In this document: positions 26,624 through 34,095 of the stretch, in pieces
Layout: each line of letters starts with the position of its first letter
Numbering within the stretch: the first letter of the stretch is position 1
From: an uncultured Clostridia bacterium
Lineage (GTDB): Bacteria; Bacillota; Clostridia; Christensenellales; Aristaeellaceae
Assembly (NCBI GenBank): GCA_934675735.1
Contig: CAKURR010000013.1
Span: 11,277 to 75,276 of the forward strand
Length of the DNA: 64,000 nucleotides
Direction: 5' to 3'
Position numbers and translations under genes: made by a program
Notes under the pieces: model-generated
What the model was told of the DNA's origin: nothing
The model's database searches: none
The model's input: the letters and a program-made list of their open reading frames with translations, nothing else

Positions 26624-27544
26624 TTACTTCGCGCCCGCGGCTTCCTTGATGGCGTCAACGGAATCATACTTCTCGGAGTAGATGCACAGCGGCGCAATCA
26701 GCGTGTCGCCGATGACAGTCAGGTCATAGCCGTTCGCGGAACAGTCCTTGGCGAGATAGGCCTTGTGCTGGAAGGCGTTCAGGTCGATATCGCCGCTGCT
26801 CAGCGCTTCGTTCGGCAGGTTGTAGGCGTCAAACTCCACCAGGTCGATGTAGATGTTCGCGCCCTCGTCGTCAAGCACCTTCTGGGTGGCAATCCACTGC
26901 TCGTTATTGCTCACGCCGCCGCACACGCCGACCTTGACGACGGTTTTGCCATCCTTGGAGGACTTGTAGCCGGAGATTTCGGCGACGTTGTCCTCGGTGA
27001 CGGAGAACGCGGCGTCCGCGTCATACGCGAAGGCCGGATAGAACGTCTCGTGATAGTTCACCAGCAGGAACTCGGCGACCAGCTGGGTCTGATAGGCTTC
27101 GACAACCTTCTTGTAAACCTCGTTATCCTTGTCCGCAGTGCGGGCGACGATGACGTTCACATACGGGTTCTCGCCGTTCTCGTCCTGCTTCTCGATGAGC
27201 AGCGCGTCGCGGGAAGGAATCAGGCCGTAGGGCACGGCATACGTGCCGTTGATGGTGGAAGCGGCGAAGTCGCCCAGCGTGGAGGGCAGCGTGTTGGCCG
27301 CAACCGGCGTCACCTCGACATTGTAGAGATACTTGGTGATATCCTTGATTTCCGGCGTGTAGCCCGCTGCCGGATCCACCTCGATGAAGCCCGCCGCCTC
27401 CAGCAGCTTGATGCCGCGGGAGAGGTTCGTGCCGTCATCCGGCACGCCGAGCTGAAGCGGCGCGGCCGCCAGCGCTGCGGCAGAGGACAGGGTGAGCGCG
27501 GCCGTCGCGGCCAGAGTGACGATTTTCTTGGCAAAGCTGTTCAT
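26624..27544 (-). CDS. metQ: MetQ/NlpA-family substrate-binding protein
   Basis: Signal peptide MNSFAKKIVTLAATAALTLSSAAALAA and an NlpA-type fold. AAAGGAG precedes ATG 27544. Confidence 0.85.
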   Translation of the reverse strand: MNSFAKKIVTLAATAALTLSSAAALAAAPLQLGVPDDGTNLSRGIKLLEAAGFIEVDPAAGYTPEIKDITKYLYNVEVTPVAANTLPSTLGDFAASTINGTYAVPYGLIPSRDALLIEKQDENGENPYVNVIVARTADKDNEVYKKVVEAYQTQLVAEFLLVNYHETFYPAFAYDADAAFSVTEDNVAEISGYKSSKDGKTVVKVGVCGGVSNNEQWIATQKVLDDEGANIYIDLVEFDAYNLPNEALSSGDIDLNAFQHKAYLAKDCSANGYDLTVIGDTLIAPLCIYSEKYDSVDAIKEAAGAK

Positions 27545-27697
27545 AGCGGTAATCTCCTTTGATATGTGATGAAAATGTTGTTTAGTGGTGAGAAGCGGCG
27601 CTTTGTCACATTCGGTTGTTGCTCCCACCCGGGTGAAACAGCATGTTCAAATCCTCCCGTTTTGTTCTTGGCGAACGTTTTTTCTTTCGATGGATGT

Positions 27698-27726
27698 ATT
27701 ATACGAGAGAACGCGGCAAAGGTCAA
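27698..27726 (-). promoter_or_regulatory. sigma-A promoter of metQNI
   Basis: On the minus strand: TTGACC (27726-27721), a 17-nt spacer, then TATAAT (27703-27698). The leader is about 145 nt. Confidence 0.65.
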
Positions 27727-27832
27727 ATCCCCGTTTCCTACGGCCTGCCATAGGATGAAGCTATGGAAGCACGATGAATGGGGCGTGAATCGATAAAAAG
27801 GGGAGTACGTTGGAGCTTCGCTCCAAACCTCA

Positions 27833-27860
27833 CCAAGAACCTGAGGTTCTTGGATTTCCC
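27833..27860 (+). repeat. 28-mer CCAAGAACCTGAGGTTCTTGGATTTCCC, copy 1
   Basis: Identical at 53475-53502 and 63126-63153, and inverted at 46020-46047. Confidence 0.95.
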
Positions 27861-28029
27861 ACTTTTACGGACGCGCATTCGTGGAACGGGCGCGTTTTTC
27901 GGAGAAAAAGGACAGCGCCCTGCGCGCCCCTACAATTTTTTCCAGTTCAAAAAAAGCATGCCTAAATTCCTTTAAGCATGCTCAAAAAACATTTATTCTC
28001 CTCGGCTCACAACGTGAGCCGATATGGAG

Positions 28030-28079
28030 GGTGAAGGGAACTCAGTTCCCTTCCGGGGTTTGGGGCAGCGCCCCAACGT
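28030..28079. repeat. 50-nt two-hairpin module, copy 3
   Basis: GGTGAAGGGAACTCAGTTCCCTTCCGGGGTTTGGGGCAGCGCCCCAACGT. Confidence 0.85.
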
Positions 28080-28096
28080 CCCCCCCGTCTCCCCCG

Positions 28097-29029
28097 TTAC
28101 TCCGCGAACAGCGGCGTGGAGAGATAGCGGTCGCCCGTGTCCGGCAGAAGCACAACGATGTTCTTGCCCGCGTTCTCCGGCCGCTTCGCCAGCTGAATCG
28201 CCGCATAGACCGCCGCGCCGGAAGAAATGCCCACCAGCACGCCCTCGCTGCGGCCGATGGCGCGGCCCGTCGCAAACGCATCCTCGTTCTCCACGGCGAT
28301 GATTTCGTCGTAAACCTTCGTGTTCAAAACATCTGGCACAAAGCCCGCGCCGATGCCCTGAATCTTGTGCGCGCCCGCAACGCCCTTGCTCAGCACCGGA
28401 GAGGTCGCCGGCTCAACCGCGACCACCTTTACGTTCGGGTTCTGCTCCTTCAGGTACTCGCCCACGCCCGTGATGGTTCCGCCCGTGCCGACGCCCGCCA
28501 CAAAGATATCCACAGCGCCGTCGGTATCCTCCCAGATTTCCGGGCCCGTGCTCGCCTTGTGCACAGCGGGGTTCGCGGGGTTCACAAACTGCCCCGGGAT
28601 GAAGCTGTTCGGAATCTCCGCCGCCAGCTCGTTCGCCTTGGCAATCGCGCCCTTCATGCCCTTCGCGCCCTCGCTGAGCACCAGCTCCGCGCCGTAGGCC
28701 TTCATCAGCTGACGGCGCTCGACGCTCATCGTCTCCGGCATCACGATGATGATGCGGTAGCCGCGCGCCGCCGCGACGGACGCAAGGCCGATGCCCGTGT
28801 TACCCGAGGTCGGCTCAATAATCACGCTGCCCGGCTTGAGCGCGCCCGTGGCCTCCGCATCGTCAATCATGCCCTTCGCAATGCGGTCTTTCACAGAACC
28901 GGCGGGGTTAAAATACTCCAGCTTGGCCAGAATGCGGGCGTTCAGGCCCTCTTTCTTCTCGATGTGGGTCAGCTCCAGCAGCGGGGTGCGGCCAATCAGC
29001 TGGTCGGCGCTCGTGTAAATCTTGCTCAT
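28097..29029 (-). CDS. cysK: cysteine synthase A (O-acetylserine sulfhydrylase)
   Basis: PLP-lysine motif [11 protein letters not shown] and GTGGT loop. GGGAGG lies 8 nt before ATG 29029; the TTG at 29035 used by the track is too close to the SD. Confidence 0.9.
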   Translation of the reverse strand: MSKIYTSADQLIGRTPLLELTHIEKKEGLNARILAKLEYFNPAGSVKDRIAKGMIDDAEATGALKPGSVIIEPTSGNTGIGLASVAAARGYRIIIVMPETMSVERRQLMKAYGAELVLSEGAKGMKGAIAKANELAAEIPNSFIPGQFVNPANPAVHKASTGPEIWEDTDGAVDIFVAGVGTGGTITGVGEYLKEQNPNVKVVAVEPATSPVLSKGVAGAHKIQGIGAGFVPDVLNTKVYDEIIAVENEDAFATGRAIGRSEGVLVGISSGAAVYAAIQLAKRPENAGKNIVVLLPDTGDRYLSTPLFAE

Positions 29030-29289
29030 GGTCAATTCCTCCCGTTTATGTCTTATTATTTGATATGATGAAGATTTTTTCGGTCAACGCGCTCGGCGCT
29101 TCAACATCGTCCGCTCTGCGCGGCGCGGAATCCGCCGTATGCGCGGCGGCTGTGTTCGGCATGGCTCCTCATCATGGTAAAATCCCTCTTATCCGTTCGA
29201 TACCCGACTGATTTAACCCATCTTTCCGGTCGGTAAATGGATTATAGCGCGGCAGGCGGCTTCTGTCAAGCGGTTTCGGCAGAATTTTC

Positions 29290-29319
29290 TTGAAATTTTC
29301 ATTTACCCCATGGTATAAT
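29290..29319 (+). promoter_or_regulatory. promoter of the Rrf2 regulator gene
   Basis: TTGAAA, an 18-nt spacer, then TATAAT with an extended -10 TG (TGGTATAAT). Confidence 0.6.
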
Positions 29320-29404
29320 AGGTAATCAGGATTCACCCTTCCGCCGCTCCCCTTCGCGGGAGAGGCAATACCGTTATCGGGAGGGCGCGAAGGAGGCAAT
29401 ACCG

Positions 29405-29839
29405 ATGATGATTTCCACAAAGGGCCGTTACGCCCTGCGCATGCTGGTGGATATGGCCGAACACGAGCGTGGGAATAACCACGTGCCGCTCAAGGAAATC
29501 GCCGCGCGGCAGGAGATTTCCGAAAAATATCTGGAAAGCATCGTCAAGCTGCTCGTGCAGAACAACGTGCTCATCGGCGTGCGCGGCAAGGGCGGCGGCT
29601 ATCGGCTCAACGGCACGCCCGACCAGTTCACCGTCCGCAAAATTCTGGAAATCACCGAAGGGCCGCTCGCGCCCGTCGCCTGTCTCTGCGAGCCGCACGA
29701 ACCGTGCGCCCGCATGGCGAACTGCCGCACCTACCCGATGTGGCGGGGGCTGAGCAAGCTGATTTATGATTATCTGGAAAGCTATACCCTCGCCGATTTG
29801 ATGAAAAACGACGACGCGGGGTTCGACTATATCATTTGA
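29405..29839 (+). CDS. Rrf2-family transcriptional regulator (CymR-like by context)
   Basis: MMISTKGRYALRMLVDMA..LKEIAARQEISEKYLESIVKLL..GVRGKGGGYRL. Divergent from cysK. Confidence 0.85.
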   Translation: MMISTKGRYALRMLVDMAEHERGNNHVPLKEIAARQEISEKYLESIVKLLVQNNVLIGVRGKGGGYRLNGTPDQFTVRKILEITEGPLAPVACLCEPHEPCARMANCRTYPMWRGLSKLIYDYLESYTLADLMKNDDAGFDYII

Positions 29840-29845
29840 GCGGGA

Positions 29846-29880
29846 ACGGATGCACAGGTTTTCTGTACGTCCGTCTTTTT
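29846..29880 (+). terminator. terminator after the Rrf2 gene
   Basis: ACGGATGCACAG / CTGTACGTCCGT imperfect stem followed by CTTTTT. Confidence 0.5.
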
Positions 29881-29935
29881 ATAAGCGGTTAGCGGCCGAA
29901 CAAATCGGATTCGCAAATGCGGAGGCGCATCAATA

Positions 29936-30550
29936 ATGATCGACAAAAGATATTACGACAAGCTCGGCGGTTTTGCTTATCTCCTGAACGAACTGAGCAA
30001 TCGGCTTGGCCGGCCGCAGACCGACGCGCTGACTCGGGACGCGGCGGACCTCTGCAACAAATTCTGCGCCCAATACAAAGACCTGCCCAAAAAGGAAAAG
30101 ATGCACGCCGAACAGATGATTTTCCCGCGAGCCGCGATTTATCTGCAGATGATTCGATATATCCCGCGCGAAGAAGCCCTCGGCCTGCTCGAAGAAGCGG
30201 TCAGAATCGGCGTAGAGCCTGACCGAAAGCGCCTGCATCTTGCAACGAAGCTCCCCTTCGTTCGTCCTCTTTTCTTCAGGATTTTCCCGATGCTCATCCG
30301 CACCCTGTTCAATGAAGAAGCGGGCTTCAAAACCGAAGAACATGAATCCGACAGCAGGCATTACAGGGTCGATGTGCTGCAATGCCCCTATATGAAGTAT
30401 TGCGAATTGCTGGGCTGCAAAGAGCTGACGGGCACCTTCTGCCTGAGCGACGACCGCGTCTACGGCAATCTGTGCGGCATCGCCTTTGAACGGCAGGGCA
30501 CAATCGGGCGCGGCGGCAGGCAATGCGATTTCTATTTTTACAGGAATTGA
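29936..30550 (+). CDS. L-2-amino-thiazoline-4-carboxylic acid hydrolase-family protein
   Basis: C-terminal Cys-rich signature VDVLQCPYMKYCELLGCKELTGTFCLSDDRVYG..GRQCDFYF, as in the ATC_hydrolase family. Confidence 0.65.
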   Translation: MIDKRYYDKLGGFAYLLNELSNRLGRPQTDALTRDAADLCNKFCAQYKDLPKKEKMHAEQMIFPRAAIYLQMIRYIPREEALGLLEEAVRIGVEPDRKRLHLATKLPFVRPLFFRIFPMLIRTLFNEEAGFKTEEHESDSRHYRVDVLQCPYMKYCELLGCKELTGTFCLSDDRVYGNLCGIAFERQGTIGRGGRQCDFYFYRN

Positions 30551-30675
30551 ATTGCCGACCGATACCGCCGAAAATAACATCCTATCAATCTGTCGAATTG
30601 ACCCCCGCGATGCAATCGACGCGCTGTCGCTTATTCAAACGGAATTGATACATAGGCTTGAACGAGGTCATGAAA

Positions 30676-31182
30676 ATGGATATTGAAACGAGCAGAATGA
30701 TCATTCGCGATTTTACGATGAATGATATCAACGATTTGCAGGATATTTTGGGCGACGCCGAAACCATGAAGCATTGCGAGCCCGCGTATACGATTGAGAA
30801 AACGGCTGACTTTTTGCAAAAGTTCTGCATAGAAAAAAAGGGCGCGGTTGCCGCAACACACAAAGAAACCGCCAAAGTCATCGGATATATTCTCTTGAAC
30901 GCGTTCAACGAAGGCGTATATGAAATCGGGTGGATTTTCAACAGGAATTTCTGGGGACAGGGGTTCGCTTCCGAATCCTGCAAAGCGGTCATCGACTATG
31001 CTTTTGATACGCTGCATGCGCATAAAGTGTTTGCCGAAACGATCGACGGCACGAAATCCGTTCATCTCATGAAAAAGCTCGGCATGAAACCGGAAGGCAC
31101 ACAGAGAAGCCAAACGAAAGATTCTTTGGGAAACCCGGCGGATTTATACCTGTACGGCATGCTTTCGGAAGATAGACAGTGA
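30676..31182 (+). CDS. GNAT-family N-acetyltransferase (RimJ/RimL-like)
   Basis: IETSRMIIRDFTMNDINDL..WGQGFASESCKAVIDYAF. Start set at the ATG 8 nt after GAGG; the track uses TTG 30658. Confidence 0.75.
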   Translation: MDIETSRMIIRDFTMNDINDLQDILGDAETMKHCEPAYTIEKTADFLQKFCIEKKGAVAATHKETAKVIGYILLNAFNEGVYEIGWIFNRNFWGQGFASESCKAVIDYAFDTLHAHKVFAETIDGTKSVHLMKKLGMKPEGTQRSQTKDSLGNPADLYLYGMLSEDRQ

Positions 31183-31243
31183 TATAAAATTGTGACATCC
31201 CGCAGGGATGAGGCGGACAAATCGAAATTTGCGGAGGCGCGTC

Positions 31244-31684
31244 ATGATCATAGCAGTGGACAAAACAAGTCTTTCAGAAGCGGCTACGGTACATTCTATA
31301 TCTTGGAAAAAATCTCATTGCTCCTTTTGTTCTGCCAGCTTCATAGAGCAGCACACACCAGAACGACAACGGGAGTATCTAGAAAGAAAAATGAATGTCG
31401 GCAGCAAGATTTTTATGCTTGTCGAGGAAATGCCAATAGGAATAGTCTCGGTTACTGACAGTTTAATTGAAGACCTTTATATCCTTCCTGACAAACAGAA
31501 TATGGGGTATGGAACAAAACTTTTGCAATTTGCAGTAAGTCAATGCATAGGAACTCCAACATTGTGGATTTTAGAAAATAACATAAATGCCGAGAGGCTT
31601 TATCTGCGAATGGGTTTTGAAAAAACAGGCAGAAAAAATACGATAAGCAATGGGCTTGATGAGATTGAGTTTGCATTGACATAA
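31244..31684 (+). CDS. GNAT-family N-acetyltransferase, AT-rich gene
   Basis: LPDKQNMGYGTKLLQFAV..LYLRMGFE. GGAGG lies 6 nt before ATG 31244. The gene is visibly AT-rich compared with its surroundings. Confidence 0.75.
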   Translation: MIIAVDKTSLSEAATVHSISWKKSHCSFCSASFIEQHTPERQREYLERKMNVGSKIFMLVEEMPIGIVSVTDSLIEDLYILPDKQNMGYGTKLLQFAVSQCIGTPTLWILENNINAERLYLRMGFEKTGRKNTISNGLDEIEFALT

Positions 31685-31780
31685 ATTCCGATTTACTGTT
31701 CTCTTGTTCTTGCATATACCTTTACTTCATTTTCCCCTGATTCATATGCCTGTCCCCGCCTAACAGTATTCTCACTTTTC

Positions 31781-31818
31781 AAAAACGGACGCACAAGCTT
31801 CTGTGCGTCCGTCTTTTT
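31781..31818. terminator. bidirectional terminator shared by the GNAT (+) and TetR (-) genes
   Basis: ACGGACGCACA / TGTGCGTCCGT stem flanked by A5 and T5. The TetR stop codon lies in the T-run. Confidence 0.75.
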
Positions 31819-32410
31819 ATGCGTTCAAGCCGCCCTTCCACGGGCGAATCGGCAGGCTCTCGCTCCGCTTGAGCGACGCGCGGATGTTGCCGTCAAACAG
31901 CTGGCCGATGCGGGCGATCATCTCCAGCCCGTCCTCTTTCATCCCCTGCCCAATCCAGTTGAGCACCATCTCGGTCAGCGCGCTCTGGTAGAACTGCGCG
32001 ATGATATCCTTATCCTCCTGGCTCGCGTGGATGCCCGCGCTCTGCCGCTCGACATAGCGGCTCATAACCTCGCCCGCAACGTTGTACAGGTATTTTTCCA
32101 GCGTCTCGCGCTGCATCGAGTGATACACATGATAGACCGCGCGCTTATGCTGCAGCGCAATCTGCACCGCCTGCGCGATGCCCTCTTCCCACGTGACATG
32201 CTCCTTCACGCCGCCCAGCACCGCTTCCAGCTCGGATTCAAAAATCTCCGTCAGCACGGCATACAAATCCTGATAATAATAGTAAAACGTCTTGCGGTTG
32301 ATTTCGCACCGCGTCACCAGATCGGTCACGGTGATTTCGTCAAACGGGCGTTCGTCGAGCATCTCGATAAACACATTGCGAATCATGTTTCGGGTATACT
32401 TTTGCGCCAT
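31817..32410 (-). CDS. TetR/AcrR-family transcriptional regulator
   Basis: N-terminal HTH IRNVFIEMLDERPFDEITVTDLVTRCEINRKTFYYYY. GGAGGAACGAC precedes ATG 32410. Confidence 0.85.
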   Translation of the reverse strand: MAQKYTRNMIRNVFIEMLDERPFDEITVTDLVTRCEINRKTFYYYYQDLYAVLTEIFESELEAVLGGVKEHVTWEEGIAQAVQIALQHKRAVYHVYHSMQRETLEKYLYNVAGEVMSRYVERQSAGIHASQEDKDIIAQFYQSALTEMVLNWIGQGMKEDGLEMIARIGQLFDGNIRASLKRSESLPIRPWKGGLNA

Positions 32411-32553
32411 GTCGTTCCTCCGAATTCCGCGCGCCGCGCTTGCTTTTTCTGTTATTATACCGATTTCGCGCCGCAAATGCAAGCGCGGAAGCGGGTGGGT
32501 CAGGCCGCGCTGTCGATTGGCGGCGGTTTTTGCAAAAAATTGAAAAAAGGGAC

Positions 32554-32582
32554 TTGACGCGCCTGCCCAAATACGCTATAAT
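32554..32582 (+). promoter_or_regulatory. sigma-A promoter of tRNA-Ala
   Basis: TTGACG, a 17-nt spacer, then TATAAT. The -10 ends 13 nt before the tRNA 5' end. Confidence 0.75.
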
Positions 32583-32595
32583 ATTTACCGTTGAC

Positions 32596-32671
32596 GGGGC
32601 ATTAGCGCAGTTGGTAGCGCACAACACTGGCAGTGTTGGGGTCAGGAGTTCGAATCTCCTATGCTCCACCA
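32596..32671 (+). tRNA. tRNA-Ala (anticodon GGC), CCA encoded
   Basis: A manual cloverleaf fits: acceptor GGGGCAT/ATGCTCC with the G3:U70 Ala identity pair, D arm GCGC/GCGC, anticodon arm CAACA-CTGGCAG-TGTTG and T arm AGGAG-TTCGAAT-CTCCT. Length 76 nt. Confidence 0.95.
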
Positions 32672-32675
32672 ATTT

Positions 32676-32706
32676 GTCTGAAAGTGATAACTTTCAGACT
32701 TTTTTT
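32676..32706 (+). terminator. rho-independent terminator after tRNA-Ala
   Basis: GTCTGAAAG / CTTTCAGAC stem followed by T7. Confidence 0.85.
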
Positions 32707-32746
32707 ATTGTCTATTTCGCACAATTCTGCGTCTGAAAAGCATAAA

Positions 32747-32787
32747 ATCCGCCCCCGTACCGAGCTTCTTCCGGCGCGGGGGCGGAT
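32747..32787 (-). terminator. terminator at the end of the minus-strand island operon
   Basis: ATCCGCCCCCG / CGGGGGCGGAT 11-bp stem. On the minus strand it is followed by TTTATGCTTTTC, 22 nt after the last stop codon. Confidence 0.65.
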
Positions 32788-32808
32788 ACATTTATTTATT
32801 CTCTCGTC

Positions 32809-34092
32809 TTAAAACAGATTCCCATCCTCATCGAACTGCATATCCTTCGGCTCTTCGAGCACCTCAAAGCGCTCATCGCCGCGAATCTCTTCCAGCACGG
32901 CTTCGGAGACCCAGATATTTTCGAGATGGAGCGTATCCTGAATCCGCACGATGCGCAGGCGCTCCTTATCCGAGCCGATGGCCGTTTTCACCGCGGCCTT
33001 GATGGCGCGGCGCTGGTCGTCAAAGACCATCGGGATTTTGGCCGAATCGGTGCCGCCCGTCGTCAGCAGGTTGGGATAGGTGGTGTTGAAATCCATCTTC
33101 TCAAACATTCTGCGCGTCGTGGTATCCGCCGCGCCCAGACCGACGGCCGCGCCGTGGCTCTGCTCGGTGATATCCAGCACGGCGATTTTTTTCGCCCGCC
33201 CCTCGCGGCTGATGCCGGATTCCAGCGAGAAGGACTTGGTGATGTTGGTATCCATACCCGTTCCGCTGATGTTTTTGCCGATGTAATCGATGACCAGCAC
33301 GTCGAGGTTTTCGGGGATGATGCGCGGCATCAGCGAGCGCGCCTTGATGAGCATATCCGGCTCTTTTTCGCGGATTTCATCCGGCAGAAGCGCGGCGAGC
33401 GCATAGGTGCGGTCAAACGCGTTTTCCAGAATCGCGACGCCGAAGAGAATCTTTTCCTTTTGCAGGAACTGATTGCCAATAAGCTCGATGCTCTCGCCCA
33501 TTCGGCGGCGGCCGCGGTTGTGAACCGTTTCCGCGCCCTTCTGCTTGCCCAGACCGATGCACATCATCTTGAACAGGCCGCTCTCATAGCGCCCGCGGAA
33601 GCCCGTATGCGGCTTCACACGATTGATGACGACAATGCCGTCCGCCTCGTGCGCATAGCGGTCGATGTAGCACGGCGTTCCATCCTCCAGCTGCGAAAAC
33701 TGCACAACCTCCATGCCGGCGCGAATCGGGCAGCCCATCGTCTCTTCCGTAATGCCAAACCCTTCCAAAATGGCGCGCTGCCCCTCCGCAACCGCGCCGC
33801 CGTGGCTGCCCATCGCGGGGATGATAAACGGCTTCGCCCCCAGCGATTTGAGGAAGGCGACCGTCTCCCGAATGAGCAGGTCGATATGGCAGATGCCGCG
33901 GCTGCCCGCCGTCACGCAAATGGACATGCCGGGCTTCACCGTTTGGCGAATCGCTTCGCGGTTCAGCTCCTCACGCAGCACCTCCGCCGCGTCCTCCAGC
34001 TCGGAGGCTTCAAAAATCTGGCGAACCCGCGCCATTTTCGGCAGCCGAACCGGATCGACCAGCGCGTTCACCTTTTCGTTATGTTCATGCAT
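32809..34092 (-). CDS. LarA-fold (DUF2088-like) protein lacking the cofactor-tethering lysine
   Basis: 427 aa. By-eye alignment to LarA: AMGSHGG aligns with ATGFHRP, and KPHTGFRGRYESG aligns with ESHFFAGFSGGRKSV. The histidines are kept, but the Lys position is Glu. Its start lies 3 nt after the larA-homologue stop, with the SD inside that gene. Confidence 0.6.
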   Translation of the reverse strand: MHEHNEKVNALVDPVRLPKMARVRQIFEASELEDAAEVLREELNREAIRQTVKPGMSICVTAGSRGICHIDLLIRETVAFLKSLGAKPFIIPAMGSHGGAVAEGQRAILEGFGITEETMGCPIRAGMEVVQFSQLEDGTPCYIDRYAHEADGIVVINRVKPHTGFRGRYESGLFKMMCIGLGKQKGAETVHNRGRRRMGESIELIGNQFLQKEKILFGVAILENAFDRTYALAALLPDEIREKEPDMLIKARSLMPRIIPENLDVLVIDYIGKNISGTGMDTNITKSFSLESGISREGRAKKIAVLDITEQSHGAAVGLGAADTTTRRMFEKMDFNTTYPNLLTTGGTDSAKIPMVFDDQRRAIKAAVKTAIGSDKERLRIVRIQDTLHLENIWVSEAVLEEIRGDERFEVLEEPKDMQFDEDGNLF

Positions 34093-34095
34093 GGC

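Noticed and set aside
24503-28302. Small ORFs with recurring peptides (GTQFP/GNSVPF, GLGQRPN, NLRFLDFP), for example 24503-24841, 28024-28302, 46004-46204, 53288-53521 and 10783-11046.
   Set aside because: They fall entirely inside the interspersed hairpin modules, occur in both orientations and frames, and lack ribosome-binding sites. They are repeat translations, not genes.
29036-29260. T-box or S-box leader upstream of cysK.
   Set aside because: I read the minus-strand leader and found no specifier/T-box (GGGTGGTACCGCG) or SAM-I core sequences. Regulation by the divergent Rrf2 (CymR-like) protein is the simpler explanation.
29930-31113. Minus-strand ORFs 29930-30580, 30585-30992 and 30631-31113.
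   Set aside because: They are antisense to the ATC-hydrolase-like and GNAT genes, which have recognisable family motifs and SDs. The antisense translations have no motifs.
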